64,000 nt of DNA from Squalus acanthias. Taxonomy: Eukaryota. The notes under the pieces are model-generated. The model saw only the letters and a program-made list of their open reading frames with translations, ran no database searches and had not been told where the DNA came from. Every line of letters starts with the position of its first letter. Position 1 is the first letter of the stretch. The stretch spans positions 61,506,001 to 61,570,000 of the forward strand of contig CM059438.1 of NCBI GenBank assembly GCA_030390025.1, in the 5' to 3' direction. The position numbers were made by a program, and so were the translations under genes. Shown piece by piece: positions 25,629 to 39,224 of the stretch.

Positions 25629-26371
25629 TGTAAGAAATAGTGGTCCTATAGAATCATAAGAAATAGGCTTCTCTAGTTAAGGGATATTCTTCAGCAGTCT
25701 GCCTGAGCTGACACAGAACAATGTTAATCATGTTAGATAAGGGTTTTCACAATGGCTCGTTATGAGGCCAAGCACATAACATAGAAACAGGCCTTTGTGT
25801 AGGCATGACTGGGCCTGATAAGAGGTTGGGGAAGGAGCCTCATGATCCGTGTATCTAAAACAAACTGTCTGGGAGAAGGTAACAAGGTTTTCCATACAAG
25901 AAATAAGCAAAGGAATGATCTCCTGGGACTGGAGCCTAGGTTAGGAGGGGTCCACCTTGGGTATCTATTCCCCTGTAATTGAACAATGGAATAGGTAAAT
26001 GTAATTAAACAAATGATTGACGTGAGGTATCCACCGGCCCCTACAATAAGGCATATAAATGGGAAGTCGAGAAGGGAAAGAAGAGGGAGGTGAGCTCCCC
26101 GAGGTGGATCCATGCTAGCTTCAGCTTAACACCTCAGCCAGCTTGAGAGACGACAGAAGAAGAAGAGATCGTTACCGCGGGCTGCAAAGATCAAGTCATC
26201 CTGCCTCATCCGTCCGATCCGGGCCCGGTAAACCGTTCTCACCTGTTACGGGTCGTATGTCTACTGTGTCTATCCTGATTATGTGTTGTATTTGAACCAT
26301 CGCTCCTCAATAAAGCGCTTGTGACTCCTCAACCCTTTTGGGTAATCTGTGACCCTTGATCAAATCCTACA
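25629..26371 (+). mobile_element. Solo LTR (743 bp)
   Basis: TGTAAG...CCTACA termini; 4-bp TSD CACG (25625-25628, 26372-26375); TATAAA at 26054; AATAAA at 26309. Confidence 0.8.
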
Positions 26372-27316
26372 CACGGGGGGACAGTGTGATACAGTGGAGA
26401 CACTGGGAAACAGTCAGTTATAAAAGGCGATATAATGGGACAATGGAAAGTAAAAGATACACAATGAATAAACAGTGAAATGTAGAGGATATACAGAGGA
26501 ACAATGGGATATTAAAGTTATAAGCCTCAACATTTTGCAGGGATCCTACCAGCCTCCTGCCATAACACCAGCGGGAGAGTAGAGGAACCCCCACGGAAAC
26601 AGTGTTAGCTGCCGTTTGTGCAATTTCCTTTCGGGTTCCACCAGGAGTCTGGTAGAACCCACATCGAACTTCAGGGCCATAGAGTAGTGGCAGTGGGATA
26701 GAGAGTCGCTGTGGAGCGGGAAATAGAAAGGAAACATCCTGGACAACATCAGGGTATATACAATAGTCACCAGAGAGCAGGGAATGCACAGTGTATTTCA
26801 TGACTGTGAAAGGCCTGATAGACTCAACTCACTGGTAAAATAAGCTGGTTTTCCACTATCTACACAGGGATATTAGGGGAGATTCTATGAATTCATGCTC
26901 CCAGGAGCTTTACGCACTGGGAGCGCATATTGGGAATTTGGGCTAGAGATCCTCAGGCCTGCTGACTTCCAGGGTAAATTCTACTCCATTATTCTTTACA
27001 AACAAAATTATAACTTAATACTCATTTTGTTTTAGTATGGATCATTACAAGCTTGAAGGATAATTGAATTCTTTAATATTCCTCATTACCAAATGTTAAT
27101 GGGGAGTAGAGGACAGAAATAGGCCCAGACAATCTGACACCTCTTCTGACAGACTGAATTCCTCCACTGCGTGTCTGCACTGTTTCTATCTGAACTTATT
27201 CCCAGTGCTTGATCATTTTCTCTTGCCTTATTCTTCGCCTTTTCATTATCCATCCCTGGCTTAATCCTCTCTTGCCTTATACCGTCTATCTCCAGTCTTA
27301 TTCCTGTCCACTCCAT

Positions 27317-27398
27317 GGGGGTGATTTTCCCAGCCCCGAGGAGGCGGGTTTGGAACCCGCCCAAACCGAAACCTGCCTCCAATGGGAAAATCGCCTCC
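27317..27398. mobile_element. 82-bp MITE with 3-bp TSD
   Basis: GGGGGTGATTTTCCCA / TGGGAAAATCGCCTCC inverted ends; TSD CAT; left end resembles 63926-63965. Confidence 0.75.
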
Positions 27399-27667
27399 CA
27401 TCTCTTTCTTGGCTAGTACCTATGCTCTCTCGGCTTTATTTTCTCTTTCTTGCTCTCTCTTTCCTCATTCCGGGTTCATTCCTGCCCTCTGTTTCTCACC
27501 AGGCTTTTTCCCTTTCCTCCTCCAAACTCTACATTTTGCACCTGGATCATTTATTGGTAGATATATAAATTTTGTAAAACCTATGCTTGAGTTTTTTGTC
27601 TTGTTGGTTGTTACCCTGCTCCCATTGATAGCTGCTCCATCTCCTACCTATACCATACAAGTTTTAG

Positions 27668-27765
27668 GAACATAGGAACATTAGGAACAGGAGTAGGCCA
27701 TTCAGCCCCTCGAGTCTGTTCCGTCATTCAATTAGATCATGGCTGATCTGCACCTCAACTCCGTT
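27668..27765 (-). mobile_element. CR1 extreme 3'-end fragment
   Basis: GAACATAGGAAC tail and AGTAGGCCATTCAGCCCCTCGAG 3' UTR. Confidence 0.75.
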
Positions 27766-27994
27766 TTAACATTCGTGTTGCTGCTATCGGAAAGCATCAG
27801 TGCTCGTCATTGTTCCTTGAATGCTGAGAAGGATATCCAGAACCCACAACTTAAATATACATAAACATACATAAATGGCACACTTACACGAGGGACATTA
27901 CAAAATACTCACAGCAGGCACGGGGTAAAAACAGACCCAAGAAAAAAAGAGCTTTTTATCTGTGTGTACATATCAGCAACCATTACAGATAATG

Positions 27995-28292
27995 ACAACA
28001 ACAACAATTTGTATTTATATAGCACCTTTAATGTAGTAAAATGTCCCAAGGTGCTTCACAGGAGCGTTATCAAACAAAGTCTGACACCGAGCAACATAAG
28101 GAGATATCAGGACAGAGGTAGGTGTTAATGACCGTCTTGAAGGAGGAGAGAGAGGTAGAGAGGCGGGGAGGTTTAGGGAGGGAATTCCAGAGCTTAGAGA
28201 CTAGGCTGCTGAAGGCACGGCCGCCAGTGGTGGAGCAATGAAAATCGGGGATGCACAAAAGGCCAGAGTTGGAGGAACACAGAGATCTCGGA
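27995..28292 (-). mobile_element. L2-clade LINE 3' fragment
   Basis: GGRAFS..LWNSLP..FKT motif and GCTATATAAAT..(TTG)n tail; sister copies at 32330-32809 and 60055-60600. Confidence 0.8.
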
Positions 28293-28397
28293 CAGTAATC
28301 ACTGTTATAATAAAAAAAATGAGCTGGCCTTTATCTGTTTTCCATTTTTCTCATCAAATTATTTGAGGCAAGTACAAGTCCTTGAACGGCACTGAAT

Positions 28398-28565
28398 GGA
28401 GGTCATTTTAACTTTGGGTGGTGGTGTAAAATGGGCGCTATCGAACTGGCCACCCATTATACACCCCGCCCAATTTCCGCTTCCATTGACTTCAACGGGA
28501 AGGAAAATCGGGTGTGATGTATAACAGGCGGTTAATTCTAAATCGCCAGAGTTAAAATGACCCCC
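28398..28565. mobile_element. Palindromic MITE
   Basis: GGAGGTCATTTTAACTTTGG / CCAGAGTTAAAATGACCCCC ends; imperfect fold-back centred on CCATTGACTTCAACGG. Confidence 0.72.
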
Positions 28566-29509
28566 AGTGTGTTAAAGGGAATAAAACTTTTGACATTGTT
28601 TTAGCCGAAACCCTTGTGTCATCACAGCTACCAGTGACAGCTGGGTGCGGTAGCAGTAAACGCGAATCCCACAATAAACAGTAGCGCATATTCTGTAACC
28701 ACTGTCATGCTGGCACCGGTAAATTGGCTTTGGATCCTGGAGCCACATTGGCTGTTTTTTGGCTGTGTGATTATGGGTAAAAGTGTTCGAATTTGACACT
28801 AACTTCTAATGTGCTTACAGAGCACTGCCAGTTTTTGTTTCCAGACACCCAGGTGTGAATTACTGCACACCATGCCAATTAATATGACTTATTCCCTCGG
28901 GTTAAATATAAAAAGAGAAAACTCGCTCTGCCGAATTATTACATAACGCTAAATGTTATGAAAGGATGATATATGTATATTTGTCCTTGTCTTTCAGCTG
29001 CACCTAGTTACTGCATTTCATGTTATATAATTGCTAGTTAAAGCTAGTTATGTAGGTCAGCCATTTTATACAGACCTCCCCTATCGTGACATCATGAATA
29101 GAGACTGCTGACGGCAGACCGCCACCCTCAGTCATAAAGTAACCAGATGTGCAGCAGCCTCATTTGCGTGATTCCTTCTAGCCAAACAGGCATGTAATTC
29201 AGGACCACTTGAGCTAAGGGTTAATCTTTGGTCACAAATCTGTCATACATCTCTCGTCATATATATATGAGCAGGCTGTGGATTATAGAACTATTGGAAT
29301 TCGCAAACCATGGGTGCTTAAGTAGAGAAGCTTTTAGATTTAAAACAAACTTTTTTTTACACAGACAATGATTATGATATTGTTCTGTAAAGGAACAGTA
29401 ACAAATGTACAGATTCAAGAAACGTTCAATACTATTACGCTGAAGACTTACTTGGCACAAGGGTAGCCAATTTCTACATGCATGTAGTAAGAAAAATGAA
29501 TCAAATAAA

Positions 29510-29990
29510 ATGATGCACGATTAGAGAGTGATACCGAGGCTTAGAGGGTTCAATTATGAGGACAGATTGCATAAACTTGGTTTGCATTCCCTTGAGTATA
29601 GAGATTTAGAGGTGATCTGATTGAGTTGTTTAAAACTGTTAAAAGGATTCGATAGGGTAGATATGGAAAAACTATTTCCTCTGGTGGGGGAATCAAGAAC
29701 GAGGGAACATAATCATAAAATTAGAGCTAGACCATTTAGGAGGGAAATCAGGAAGCACTTTTTCACACAAATGGTAGTAGAAATCTAGAATTCTTTCACC
29801 CTAAAAGGCTGTGGATGCTGGGGTAATTGGAGCTTCCAAGAATGAGAAAGATAGATTTTTGTTGGGTAAGGGTATCAAGGAATATGGTGCTAAGGCGGGA
29901 AAGTGAAGTTGAGGTACAGATCAGCCATCATCTAATTGAATGGCAGAACAGGCTCGAGGGGCTGAATGGGCCTACTCCTGTTCCTATGTA
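29510..29990 (+). mobile_element. CR1 3' fragment
   Basis: Homologous to 22540-22996. Confidence 0.85.
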
Positions 29991-30074
29991 CTGCACTGAA
30001 GGCTAGATTTTGTGCTCAAATCTCTGGAGTGGGACTCAGAGGCAAGAGTGCTACCATTGAGCCAAGCCTGACAA

Positions 30075-30420
30075 GGCTGACCTGATAGAGGTCTACGTGA
30101 TTATGAAGGCTTATGAGAAGTTTAATAGTGATTGATTGTTTCCACTGGGCGACAAGACTGTAACAAGAGGGCACAAATTTAAGTTAATCATAAAAAGAAT
30201 TGAAGGGGAGCTTAGAAAAAACCTTTACACAGAGGTGATTAGAATGCGGAATTCTCTTCCACAGACCACTGTTGAAGAGGAGTCCATAATTTTTTTTAAG
30301 GGAATAAGTTGCTTGGAGAAGAGAAACATTTAAGCGTTTGGGTGAGAGCGGGGAGTGAAGAAAAACTAACATAGACTTGGTGGGCTCAGTGACCTGTTCT
30401 TTGCGCTGAGACATTCTATG
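30075..30420 (+). mobile_element. Old CR1 3' fragment
   Basis: FPLGDKTVTRGHKFKL..RNSLPQ peptide. Confidence 0.7.
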
Positions 30421-31588
30421 AATGTTTGGAATAATCTTTCAGCCAGGGTATCAGAGACCAAAACATCAGGACCATTCAAAATTCAGCCGAACGTTTTACT
30501 GGTAGAATTAAAGTACAAGAGAGCTAAACTTAAGTGGTCCACATGGCATTTCCTCGACCTTCGACTCTTCTTAGCTACTCAGTTGTAGAGAGGGAATGGG
30601 CATCATATTTTATGTGTTTTAGAAAGGCCAGTAGTTTCCTTCAATATTACTTTCCTGTTTCGGGAGGGGTAAAGTTAGAAGCGGGCATTGCAACAAGCAT
30701 CAGCCTCCAAGAGGAGCAGCACAACACCCACAGTGGAGTTAGAAGCTGAACCAAAAGATTTGTCCTGAATGGCAATTAGACAACTCAAAGAAATTTTGAT
30801 TGGTGACACCGTGAACTACAGAAACTGCCTAGTTGGTTAGTGTGTTCAGCAAAATGAAAATAGAACCAACCTGCTTGGCCAATGGTGCCCAGTTAGTGTA
30901 CATGGTATGTGAGTAGAGACAGCCCCTGACCCGGTGACTGACACATCCCTCCTAGTTTCTTAGTTACAATCAAGGGTGCCTTTTCTTCTTGTTGAAGATG
31001 ATCCTACGAGGATCCTCCGGAGTCAAGCCCTCGAGGCTTTCTCTTCTGTTGGCTGTCTAATCCCCCTTGGCTGCCAGCTGGCACAGTACAAGTGGTGCGC
31101 ATCTGTTCCTTCACTTCTTCGTCATCTTCATCCTGCTCCTCAGGGCACAACGGTGTTAGTTTCTTAGGAAGTGGCAGACATGGTTTCAGATATAAATGGA
31201 TCATCCGTTCGGATATAAGATTAATGAACATGTGACCTTAGGCACAGTGTCACCTGAGGAGCTTTTCATATTTTTGAAGGAGTACTGCATAAGACATCAA
31301 ACTATAAGTTTTTGCAACAAAACTTTATCAAATACAGATAAAAGTTGCACCCTCATGTTTTTCACATTAATGTCACGTTGTTATAAATTGCAAGAGGTCA
31401 GTGTTTTAAAGCAGTGAATGATAAGTTAATCTACACTAAGAAAATTCACCAGGACCCAAGGACGGATAGTGTGCGCTCCTTTCCTTGATCCGGTGATACA
31501 GTACAAGTTCACCTTTGTATTTCTCCTCATCCCTTCTCAATGGGCTACTGCCTCCTCTGGCACTTATTTCAGGTCATTAAGACACTAT

Positions 31589-31775
31589 GGGGGTAGAAAT
31601 GCGTCTTGGCTGGTAGCGTAAAATGAGCAGTATCGCATGGACTACCCGTTAAATGCACCGCTTGATATTCCATTCCATTGAACTCAACAGAACAGAATAT
31701 CCGGCGGGGAGAATAACAGGCGGTCAATTTGATACCACCCTTTTTGCGCCACCGCCCAGGACGAATTTCTACCCG
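31589..31775. mobile_element. Palindromic MITE related to 28398-28565
   Basis: GGGTAGAAATGCGTCTTGG / CCAGGACGAATTTCTACCC ends; shared internal TTCCATTGA and ATAACAGGCGGT. Confidence 0.7.
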
Positions 31776-32329
31776 TATATGCAACCTTCTATATCCCTCA
31801 GTGAGACTATACCAGCTTGGCTCAGGTGAATGTTAAAGGCCAGGGAGTTCTCCCAGTGTACTGAGCAGAACTCCTCCTTTAACCTTACCTCAAGGAAACA
31901 GATTAACTGTTGATTGTGGGATGCTGCTTGGCACTCTTGCATTGGCCTGCATAAAACAGTTGCTCCAAAAAAGTAACTCATTGTGTAAAGTACTTAGATG
32001 CATATAAAGGAAGTATTGAGGGGGAAGCAATTTTTGCCCAGCCACTGCTAAGGCTGGGTTGTTTCAGGCTAAAACGTGGCTACCTTAAGGGGACTTTGCC
32101 GCGATTTTAACCCGTTAGCACTTGGAGAAGCCAAGTTCAAATGGGGACAATCTTGTTAAATAGATTAATTTGCATTACTCTCATCTGACATTTTACCAGA
32201 TGTTCTACCTTACTATGAATTATAAAATAAATTGGAAAAGCATTAATGTATTAGTGCTTGGCGAGTAACTGGATGCTATATCTCCAACCACTTACATCCT
32301 AGTGCCCTTAATGATGACATAAACTTGAG

Positions 32330-32809
32330 CGCATCCAAAACTCTGCTGCCCATATCCTAACTCGCACCAAGTCCCGTTCACCCATCACCCCTGTGCTCGC
32401 TGACCTACATTGGATGCTGGTCCGACAACATCACGATTGAAAAGTTCTCATCCTTGTGTCCAAATCCCTCCATGGCCTCACCCCTCCCAATCTCTGTAAC
32501 CTCCCTACAACCACCTCGAGATTTCTGCGCTCCTCCAATTCTGGCCTATTGCACATCCCCGATTTTCATCGCTCCAAAGTTGCCGGCTGTGCCGTCAGTT
32601 GCCTGGGCCCCAAGCTCTGGAATTCCTTCCCTAAACCTCTCCGCCTCTACATCCTCTCTCTCCTCCTTTAAGATGCTCCTTAAAACCTACCTCTTTGACC
32701 AAGCCTGTCCTAATACGTGGCTCGGTGTCAAATTCTGTTTGATAATGCTTCTGTAAAGCACCTTAGGACGTTTTACTATGTTAAAGGTGCTATATAAATG
32801 CAAGTTGTT
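32330..32809 (+). mobile_element. L2-clade LINE 3' fragment
   Basis: ITPVLADLHW, LRSSNS, PKLWNSFP, FKMLLKTYLF, then the AAGGTGCTATATAAATGCAAGTTGTTG tail. Confidence 0.85.
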
Positions 32810-32814
32810 GCTGG

Positions 32815-33372
32815 CCAGCTGCCCATTCCTGCAGCGAAGATCCCCCTGCAATTTTGGGGCCCGGCCTTATTTCAATCCCGCAAGCGAGCTGCGGGGCGCC
32901 AAACAAGCATTCTGCTGTGGCTCGTCGAATTGAGGCCTCAAAATCGGGCCGGGCCGGCTGGTAAACTGGGGGTCCCAGGTCGTCAGTGGCCCAGATTATT
33001 TTTGTGGGCCCTGGAGGACAACTGCTTCTCATCTGGGGCCCACAAAAATAATTCAAGACTTACCTTTGGCCGGGCCTCTGCAGTTCCATCGCCCGTGGAA
33101 CTGGCCAGAGTGTGCACTGCACAGGAAAAGACCAGTGCTGACCTAAAATGGCAATCGGGGACCCATATACGTCATCGGACCCCGATTTCCATATTAAAAA
33201 GAGGCCTATCGCCTGAAACAGGCGGGCGCTTTGGACACCCGATGGTAGGCCCTTTTCAAAATGGAGCCAGCTGCATCACCGGCGTTTACGGGGCAGTAAG
33301 GCCAACGACCGCATTTTGAGGCCGTTACTGCCCTGTAAACGCCAGGAGAAAGAAGTGAAAATCAACCTCTAG
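32815..33372. mobile_element. GC/CpG-rich probable non-autonomous DNA-transposon remnant
   Basis: Abrupt GC-rich block with an internal inverted repeat (GGCGTTTACGGGGCAGTAA / TTACTGCCCTGTAAACGCC); termini not resolved. Confidence 0.4.
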
Positions 33373-34024
33373 GCTTCTAGGCAAGGTTGACTATTCCAGA
33401 ATGTTCTAGGTTAGATCAATTTTGTATTGCAAATCCCGTGTCACTGATGCACCATAGCAATCTCGCTGCAGGGATGATAACTGTGACACTATTAATGCAA
33501 ATTTAATTGCGAATTTGCAGTCGACCATAAGGAAGCTCTAGGACCAGTACACGTCAATTGCCTGCAGCACAGTTAGGGTAACATTGAGTGCTGTAGCATT
33601 ATCCAAACACTGTGAGTTGTCTAACCATTGTGGAGCTGACAGTGTTCAGGAAGCCAGGAAGGGCTGTTTTGGAGGAGCTCATTTGGAACATAGGAACAGG
33701 AGTAGGCGGGCAGAGTCGGCAGATTAGTTACAATATAATTCCTGACACTTGCCATTGCAATTCACAAGTTAAAAAACATTTATCTGTTCAGATATGAGGA
33801 ACCTTAGAAGCAAAGGGAATAACAATTTTTAAGAAACAAAAAATACTCTCCACAGAAAAGAAACTCCGTGAACATTCCACGATCCTATATCTTCAATCAT
33901 TTTACTACACGTTTGTGTTTTAATGGAGGGGGTTGTGAGGAGGTGTTCCAAATGCTCAGGGCCCCACGAATTCTTAATCCAGCTCTGCTAAAGTTCTCCA
34001 AGGACTGTTTTTGGTATTATAAAT

Positions 34025-34240
34025 TTTTTGTTATGATCTGGAATGCACTGCCTGAAAAGGTGGTGGAAGCAGATTCAATAGTAACTTTCAAAAGGGAATT
34101 GGATATATACTTGAAAAGGAAAAATCTGCAGTGCTATGTGGAAAGAGCAGGGCAGTGGGACTAATTGGATAGCTCTTTCAAAGAGCCGGCACATGCACGA
34201 TGGGCCGAATGGCCTCCATCTGTGCTATATGATTCTATGA
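34025..34240 (+). mobile_element. CR1 3'-end fragment
   Basis: WNALPEKVVEADSIVTFKRELDIYL + tail. Confidence 0.85.
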
Positions 34241-34780
34241 AATTTAGTGGGAAACAAATATCTGCAACGCAGAGAAAATGTTCTCAGTCTGAACAAAAAA
34301 AAACAAGTGAGTGAGCACAGCCCTTTTTGGAAGGAAAGTTATTAATAAAAACTCTTGGCCCTGTGTCAAATTAAAGAAACAGATTTGTGACAAAAAAAAT
34401 GAAGTGGTTGTTCCTGGCCAGAACACCAGGAATTCTTTGGAATAACTGAAAAAATGTTTGCGTGCGGAGCCTGTCCTGGCCAGAATAAAGATCTTGTGAG
34501 TCTTCTCATTTGACAAGCACTGTTCCAAAATGTCATTTGCGATTCATGGTCAATTAAAATAATATTCCTGTCGCGCCTTGGAGCTGTTGTGAGTTGACTT
34601 CCCTCACAGGCACCGGCTGGGTTTAATTTTACTACTGGCATTAGTGTGTCATGGGTCCTCAGCCAGTCATTACGTAACTTTAACACTTGAGGAAATGCCC
34701 ATTTGTTTTCAAATGGTGGTGGTTTTTAAACAACAGTTTGTAATTCATTTGATCTGACACCCTAATTGGCAATCACTCAG

Positions 34781-36650
34781 TGGTATTATGTTGTAATTCT
34801 AGTGTTAATTCTAGGTGGTATTAAAATCAATGTAGTTCTAGAGTTAATTGTTGGTGGTATTATAATCAATGTAATTCTAGTATGAATTCTTTTTTTTATT
34901 TATTCATTCACAGGATGTGGGCGTCACTGGCAAGGCCAGCATTTATTGCCCCTCCCTAGTTGCCCTTGAGAAGGTGGTGGTGAGCCGCCTTCTTGAACTG
35001 CTGCAGTTGTGTGGTGAAGGTACTCCCACAGTGCTGTTAGGTAGGGGGTTCCAGGACTTTGACCCAGCGACGATGAAGGAACGGCGTTCTATGTCCAACT
35101 CAGGATGTTGTGTGACTTGGAGGGGAACTTGGAGGTGGTGGTGTTCCTATGTACCTACTTCCCTTGTCCTTCTAGTCGGTAGAGGCCACGGGTTTGGGAG
35201 GTGCTGTCAAAGAAGCCTTGGTGAGTTACTGCAGTGCATCTTGTAGGTGGTTCACACTGGAGCCACGGTGTGCCGATGGTGGAGGGAGTGAATGTTTAAG
35301 GTGGTGAATGCGGTGCCGATCAAGTGGACTGCTTTGTTCTGGATGGTGTTGAGCTTCTTGAGTGTTGCTGCATACGTCCAGGCAAGTGGAGAGTATTCCA
35401 TCACACTCCTGACTTGTGCCTTGTAGGTGGAAGAAAGGCTTTGGGGAGTCAGGAGCTGAGTCACTCACAGCAGAATACCCAGCCTCTGACTTGCTCTTGT
35501 AGGCACAGTATTAATGTGGCTGGTCCAGTTAAGTTTTTGGTCAATGGTAACCCCCAGGATGTTGATGGTGGGGAATTCGACGATGGTAATGCCATTGAAT
35601 GTCAAAGGGCGGTGGTTAGACTCTCTCTTGTTGGAAATGGTCATTGCCTGGCACTTGTGTGGCGTGAATGTTACTGGCCACTTATCAGCCCAAGCCTGGA
35701 TGTTGTCCAGGTTTTGCTGCATGCGGGCATGGATTGCTTTATTATCTGAGGAGTTGCGACTGGAACTGAACACTGTGCAATCATCAGCAAATATCCCTAC
35801 TTCTGACCTTATGATGGAGGGAAGGTCATTGATGAAACAGCTGAAGATGGTTGGGCCTAGGACAATGCCCTGAGGAACTTCTGCAACAATGTCCTGGGGC
35901 TGAGATGATTGGCCTCTAACAACCACAACCATCTTCATTTGTGTTAGAGCTTTCCTCCTGATCCCCATTGACTTCAGTTTTACTAAGGCTCCTTGGTGTC
36001 ACACTCAGTCAAATGCTGCCTTGATGTCAAGGGCAGCTACTCTCACCTCTGGAATTCAGCTCATTCGTCCATATTTGGACCAAGACTGTAATGAGGTCTG
36101 GAGCCGAGTGGTCCTGGCAGAACCTAAACTGAGCATCGGTGAGCAGGTTCTTGGTAAGTGTCACTTGATAGCACTGTCAACGACATCTTCCATCACTTTG
36201 CTGATGATTGAGATTGGGCATCATGATGGGGCAGTAATCTGCCGGATTGGATTTGTCCTGCTTTTTGTGGACAAGAAATACCTGGGCAATTTTCCACTTT
36301 GTTGGGTAGATGCCAGTGTTGTAGCTGTACTGGAAATGCTTGGCTAGAGGCATGGCTAGTTCTGGAACACAGGTCTTCAGCAGTTCAGTTGGGATGTTGT
36401 CGGGACCCATAGCCTTTTCTGTAGCCAGTGCGCTCAGCTGTTTCTTGATATCACGTGGAGTGAATTGAATTGGCTGAAGACTGGCATCTGTGATGGCGGG
36501 GACCACTGGAGGAGGCCAAAATGGATCATCCACTCGGCACTTCTGGCTGAAGGTGGTTGCAAATGATTCAACCTTGGTGGTATTAAAATTAATATAGTTC
36601 TAGTGTTAATTCTTGGTGGTATTAAAATCAATGTTAAACTGGTCTTAATC
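34781..36650. repeat. ~39-bp tandem repeat (GTGGTATTAAAATCAATGTAGTTCTAGTGTTAATTCTTG) split by a LINE
   Basis: Units at ~34781-34890 and ~36575-36650. Confidence 0.7.
34895..36570 (-). mobile_element. 5'-truncated LINE of a second CR1/L2-group family (RT + 3' UTR)
   Basis: KAMGPDNIP, VPQGIVLGPTIFSCFINDL, IFADDCT, YKAQVRSVMEYS. Confidence 0.88.
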
Positions 36651-37034
36651 TTAGCGTTCTATAAATCTGATTTCGGCAGTAATTCTATCTCCCTTTGTGA
36701 CATTCTAAACACTACCAACCCAGCAGCAGCTCCAGTCTACCAGTTTCTGGGGTGAGTTAAGTGGCCTGAAGAATTACCCTAGGTTTAAGCGCAAGAAACA
36801 GACACGACGACTAGAGTGAAGAACAGAATTTGGAAAAAAATTATAAAATGGTCAGAAAGGCCTCTTCCCATTTTGCCCCTAAGCTATAAAGATATCCCAT
36901 CCTCCTACAGTACAGTTCCCCCACCCCTGTTCCACATGGGTATGATGGACCTGTAGGATCTGTACATAAAACCTCCACAGGGTCTGCACTTAAGGCTGAC
37001 CCAAAATATACCGTTAGATGTTTTCATGGAGAAG

Positions 37035-37449
37035 AAGAAAAAGAAAGACTTACATTTATATAGCGAATTTCATGACCTCAGGACTTTACAAGAGCTTTAC
37101 AGCTAATGAAGTACTTTTGAAGTGTAGTCGCTATTGTAATGTAGGAAATGCTGCAGCCAATTAGCGCACAGCAAGCTCCCACAAACAGCAATAAATTAAA
37201 TGACCAGGTAATCTGTTTTTTAGGACTGTTGGTTGAGGGATAAATATTGGCCAGGACACCGGGGAGAACTCACCTGCTCTTCTTTGAAATAGTGCCATGG
37301 GATCTTTTACGTCTTACTCAGGCAGCAGCTAGAGCCTCGATTTAACATCCGAAGACGGGACTTCCGGCAGTGTAGCACGCCCTCAGTACTGCACTGGAGT
37401 GTCAGCTTGGATTATGTGCTCAAGTCTCTGGAGTGGGACTTGAATCCAC

Positions 37450-37480
<31 letters not shown>

Positions 37481-37497
37481 ACTGAGCCACAGCTGAC
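37035..37497 (-). mobile_element. Full-length DeuSINE (SacSINE1-like)
   Basis: tRNA head with A-box (TGGCTCAGTGG) and B-box (GATTCAAGTCC), Deu-like core, L2-type tail. Confidence 0.88.
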
Positions 37498-37994
37498 AAT
37501 CATATCGTAACTGGTTGCACGCAACAGCAACAGAGAATAGTCGGGCAAGAGCACGAGGGAATTCTTCAGACTAACTGAACAAATGCTGAGTGCTGAGCTG
37601 TTACTGTTACCCAAGCTGCTCTACATTAGACCTTGGAAGTAATACAGTACTTTCCATCAGGATGGAAACAGAATGAACTCCACCTTTTCAGGGCTCTTGC
37701 AGCAGTTAATTGTAGAAAGTCTGCTTCCTCCTGCAATCTGGTTTAGTAGGAATCCAGGACCAGCTCCAAACCACAGCGATGTGTCTTTCTGTGAGGGGAA
37801 GTGGGGGGAAGTCTGCTATTCCGTGTGTTCCAGGTTTGCTCTAGTGAGGAACTGCTTGAGATGAACTACGTTAGCTGCTGAAAGCATAAATGTCGATGTG
37901 ATCTAAATATCCTGCGTACCACATATGAATATTACGTATTAACCCGTGTAGGCAGGGATGGTTATAGAGGTCACACTCTTAATGAAATTACCTC

Positions 37995-38430
37995 CATCAT
38001 CCTTAGCTCAGTGGTAGCACTCTCGCCTGTGAGTCAGAAGGTTCAAATCCCACTCCAGAGACTTGAACACATAATCTAGGCTGATACTTCAGTGCAGTAC
38101 TGAGGGAGTGCTGCACTGACGGAGAGGCGGTCTTTTGGATGAGACGTTAAACCGAGGCCCCGTCTGTCCTCTCAGATGGACGTAAAATATCCTATGGCCG
38201 TATTCGAAGAACAGCAGGGGAGATCTCCTGGTGTCCCAGCCAATATTTATCCCTCAACCAACATCACTAAAAAACAGATTATCCAATCGCATTGCTTTTT
38301 GTGGGACCTAGCTGTGCACAAACTGGCTGCCGTGTTTCCCTACTTTACAACAGTGTCTACACCTCAAAAAGAAGATTGGCTCTAAGACACTTTGGGATGT
38401 CCTTAGGTTGTGAATGGCACTATATAATAA
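37995..38430 (+). mobile_element. DeuSINE copy
   Basis: GCTCAGTGGTAGCAC head; GGATGAGACGTTAAACCGAGG core. Confidence 0.88.
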
Positions 38431-39224
38431 ACTAAGTTAGATCAATTGTGCCATCTTCTCCTTTGCTTTGCTCAGACTAAGCAGTGATGTTTGTCCACTT
38501 GCTGTTGTCAATGATTGCAGACATTATTATGTGATAATGTTTGTGATTACACTTGATGCTGTATGAAGTTCATTGCTTGAGGGAAGTCATTCTATTTTGA
38601 TTGTGAAATCATGTCTGAATCCTTCAAAATCTACTTATACTCAGAAACCTTGTTAGCATCCTCACGCTGGGACTGTGATATTCATTGCAATGTGATCCTG
38701 ATCTGAGCCCAGATAAGAACAGGGAAGCAGCAAGCACTGCTAACCTGCAGGATTCTATGCTCCTATTTGTCCTATTGCCAAAAGCGCACTGACATTCTCC
38801 AAGGTCCAAATATCTCAAGAGCATCGCACTAGCTGTGTTGCTCCTCCAGGCTGGAGCCAAAGCCAACACCAATGCTGGTACTGATGTGATCCTGTCATGT
38901 CATGTAAGTAACTAAGTAAGTCTGTGACCAAGCAGTGTGCAGTCACCTTGTGCTGTCTGCCAGCTTGGTATTTCTTTCTTGCCACATTTCATGGGTCACA
39001 GGTTAAAAGGCATTGACATGGCGGTTATACGGATTGCACTGCTAAAACGTGGGCATGTTTTGCATTTGGAAAATAGCTAAACAGTTGCCAGAGTGCTGCG
39101 TATTTTCCCTCTGTGATGCTCAACCAAGTTCACACTGAAGTACTGTTAAAATGTAATGCAACATTGTAAAATTAAGCAAAGTGTGTGCACACTTATCTTT
39201 TTTTGTTATCTCCATCTGATTGGC

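Noticed and set aside
37420..37497. tRNA-like sequences with A/B boxes (also ~38000, 43840, 45930)
   Set aside because: These are SINE heads continuous with SINE bodies, not tRNA genes.
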